Of a stretch of DNA of 64,000 nucleotides, positions 61,732-64,000 are shown in pieces; position 1 is the stretch's first letter, and each line of letters opens with the position of its first letter. The notes below the pieces were generated by a model. It did not search any database and was not told the DNA's origin. It worked only from the letters and a program-made list of their open reading frames with translations. Origin of the DNA: an uncultured Gammaproteobacteria bacterium (GTDB lineage: Bacteria; Pseudomonadota; Gammaproteobacteria; DRLM01); contig CAVSNY010000003.1 in assembly GCA_963729605.1 (NCBI GenBank), forward strand, positions 128,001-192,000. Reading direction: 5' to 3'. The position numbers were made by a program, and so were the translations under genes.

Positions 61732-63150
61732 ATGAAAAGAATATTGGCTCTATTATTGTTACTGGTATCCACCCCGAGTCAGGCGGCGACCAAGGTGGAA
61801 CAGGTGCGACTCGCCTCCGCCGCCGATGTCACCCGTGTCGTGTTTCATTTGAGCGCGCCGAGCACCTATAAACTATTCAGTCTGCCCAACCCCAACCGGG
61901 TGGTCATCGATATCGCCGATGCCCGCTTCGCCACCACGCTGGCCGGGGTGGATTTCACCGGCAGCGCGGTCAAAACCTTGCGCACCGGGCCCCGCGACGG
62001 CGGCGCCTTGCGCGTCGTATTGGAAGTGAACGGCAAACCCAAGCCCAAGAGTTTCATCCTCCAGCCCTCCGAGGGGCAAGGTTATCGCTTGGTCGTGGAC
62101 TTGGAATCGCCGGGCGTGGTCAACGTGGCGCAGGCCGCGCCGAGCCCGCTGCCCGTTCCGGCCGCCGTGTCGGTGATCGACGCCACACCCAATGTCGCCG
62201 CCGCCGCGCCGAGTGTCGCCATCGCGCCGCCCGTGCAAAACATAATATCCGCCCCCGCCAACAGCGCCAAAGAGCCGCTGCGCGATCTGGTCATCGCCAT
62301 CGATGCCGGCCACGGCGGCGTCGATCCGGGCGCCATCGGTCCGAACGGCACCCGTGAAAAAGACGTGGTTCTCGCCATCTCGCGCCAGCTCGAAAGTCTG
62401 ATCCGGGCCGAACCCGGCATGCGGCCGATCATGGTGCGCGACGGCGATTATTTCGTGCGGCTGCGCGACCGGGTCAACAAGGCCCGCGACGGCAAGGCCG
62501 ATTTGCTGATCTCGATCCACGCCGACGCGGTGAACGAGCGTTCGGCCAAAGGCTCGTCGGTGTATGTGCTCTCCAGCCGCGGCGCCAGCAGCGAGGCGGC
62601 GCGCTGGCTGGCCGAAAAGGAAAACGCCTCCGATCTGGTAGGCGGGGTGAGCCTGGACGACAAAGACGGCGTATTGAAATCGGTGCTGCTGGACTTGTCG
62701 CAAACCGCCTCCATCGAGGCCAGCCTGACCGCCGGCGGCCGGGTCTTGCGATATCTCAAGGATGTGAATCAATTGCACCGCCACCGCGTCGAGCAGGCGG
62801 GCTTCGCGGTGTTGAAGGCGCCGGACATCCCTTCCATGTTGGTGGAGACCGCCTTTATTTCCAATCCGGATGAAGAAAGAAAGCTTAGTTCGGCCGCTCA
62901 CCAGCGCCAACTCGCGCTCGCCATCCTCAACGGCGTGAAGGATTATTTCCGCACCCACGCGCCGCCGGGCACCAAGTTTGCGTTGTGGAATTCCTCGCGC
63001 CAGCACGTGGTCGCGCGAGGCGATACCCTGTCGGGCATCGCCGATCGGTACGGCATCAGCATCGCCCAATTGCGGGTGAGCAATAAAATATCCGGCGATC
63101 GCCTGTTGGTGGGCGGCGTATTGCATATTCCTTCCAGCGACGGCACCTGA
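61732..63150 (+). CDS. amiB: N-acetylmuramoyl-L-alanine amidase (AMIN-Amidase_3-LysM)
   Basis: IDAGHGG.DPGA, SIHAD, ETAFISN, C-terminal LysM; lies between tsaE and mutL. Confidence 0.92.
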   Translation: MKRILALLLLLVSTPSQAATKVEQVRLASAADVTRVVFHLSAPSTYKLFSLPNPNRVVIDIADARFATTLAGVDFTGSAVKTLRTGPRDGGALRVVLEVNGKPKPKSFILQPSEGQGYRLVVDLESPGVVNVAQAAPSPLPVPAAVSVIDATPNVAAAAPSVAIAPPVQNIISAPANSAKEPLRDLVIAIDAGHGGVDPGAIGPNGTREKDVVLAISRQLESLIRAEPGMRPIMVRDGDYFVRLRDRVNKARDGKADLLISIHADAVNERSAKGSSVYVLSSRGASSEAARWLAEKENASDLVGGVSLDDKDGVLKSVLLDLSQTASIEASLTAGGRVLRYLKDVNQLHRHRVEQAGFAVLKAPDIPSMLVETAFISNPDEERKLSSAAHQRQLALAILNGVKDYFRTHAPPGTKFALWNSSRQHVVARGDTLSGIADRYGISIAQLRVSNKISGDRLLVGGVLHIPSSDGT

Positions 63151-63251
63151 TATTTTCAATATCCGTCACCGACGGGGCGAACGGTTCACCGTTCGCCCCG
63201 TTTTGCTTTTATAATCCCCGGCATCTTCGTCTCGGATGCCGGCCGCCGTTC

Positions 63252-64000
63252 ATGTCCACCACACGTATTCAACTCCTGCCCGCCATCCTCGCCAATCAAA
63301 TCGCCGCCGGCGAAGTGGTGGAGCGGCCGTCGTCGGTCGTCAAAGAGCTGGTGGAAAACAGCCTCGACGCCGGGGCGCGCCGCATCGACATCGAGGTGCG
63401 GGAGGGCGGGGTGCGCCTCATCCGCGTGCGCGACGACGGCGGCGGCATCCATCGCGACGATCTGGCCCTGGCCCTCAGCCGCCACGCCACCAGCAAGATC
63501 CGCAGCTTCGACGATCTGGTCGCGGTGCGCAGCCTCGGTTTCCGCGGCGAGGCCTTGCCGAGTATCGGTTCGGTGTCGCGGCTGAGTCTGACCTCGCGGG
63601 TGGTGGACGGCGAAAGCGGCTGGCGGGTGGACAGCGACGGCGAGCGGTTCAGCGAACCCGCGCCCGCCGCCCATCCCACCGGCACCACGGTGGAAGTGCG
63701 CGATTTGTTTTTCAACACGCCGGCGCGGCGCAAATTCATGCGGGCCGAGCGCACCGAGTTCAATCACCTCGAAGAAGTGGTCAAGCGCATCGCCCTGAGC
63801 CGCTTCGACGTGAGCTTCAACTTGAGCCACAACGAACGCCCGGTGCACGACCTGCGCGCCGCCGCCAACGACGTGGAACGCGCCCGGCGAGTGGCCGCCC
63901 TATGCGGACAAACTTTCATCGAAGAGCGCGGTGGAGATTCGCTTCGACGCCGGCGAGCTGCGATTACGCGGCTGGATCGGCCTGCCGACCTTTTCGCGCA
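63252..64000 (+). CDS. mutL: DNA mismatch repair protein MutL, 3'-truncated, with an apparent frameshift near 63927
   Basis: Read directly from the DNA (not in the ORF track): [62 protein letters not shown]. Confidence 0.96.
   Translation, partial: MSTTRIQLLPAILANQIAAGEVVERPSSVVKELVENSLDAGARRIDIEVREGGVRLIRVRDDGGGIHRDDLALALSRHATSKIRSFDDLVAVRSLGFRGEALPSIGSVSRLSLTSRVVDGESGWRVDSDGERFSEPAPAAHPTGTTVEVRDLFFNTPARRKFMRAERTEFNHLEEVVKRIALSRFDVSFNLSHNERPVHDLRAAANDVERARRVAALCGQTFIEERGGDSLRRRRAAITRLDRPADLFA

Overview
A GC-rich, gammaproteobacterial-type chromosomal segment. The core-gene backbone is pnp, hsp20, acs, dksA, queF, smc-zipA, putA, tRNA-Ser(GGA)/ffs/dnaX-ybaB-recR, rsgA-orn and queG-nnr-tsaE-amiB-mutL. 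It is punctuated by five accessory blocks. (1) An ~11 kb defence operon at 11.0-22.0 kb: a type I R-M system (hsdM-hsdS...hsdR) with Kiwa-like, DarTG and MNT-HEPN pairs between hsdS and hsdR. (2) A REP-rich patch after zipA, with a 55-bp inverted repeat pair bracketing ~2.8 kb of cargo, followed by an MscS/MgtE cluster. (3) A four-lipoprotein LPP20/LpoB-like operon. (4) A 190-bp tandem repeat array that begins in the tRNA-Ser 3' end. (5) A six-gene, probably sigma54-driven, Fap-like (functional amyloid) secretion operon between orn and queG. Its putative major subunit is a ~696-aa, very acidic Asn/Ser/Asp repeat protein, and it carries an extra gene resembling a free copy of the channel's coiled coil. 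Frameshifts or a premature stop in hsdR, mgtE, queG and mutL suggest some sequence errors. All calls come from motif recognition and synteny; no searches were run.
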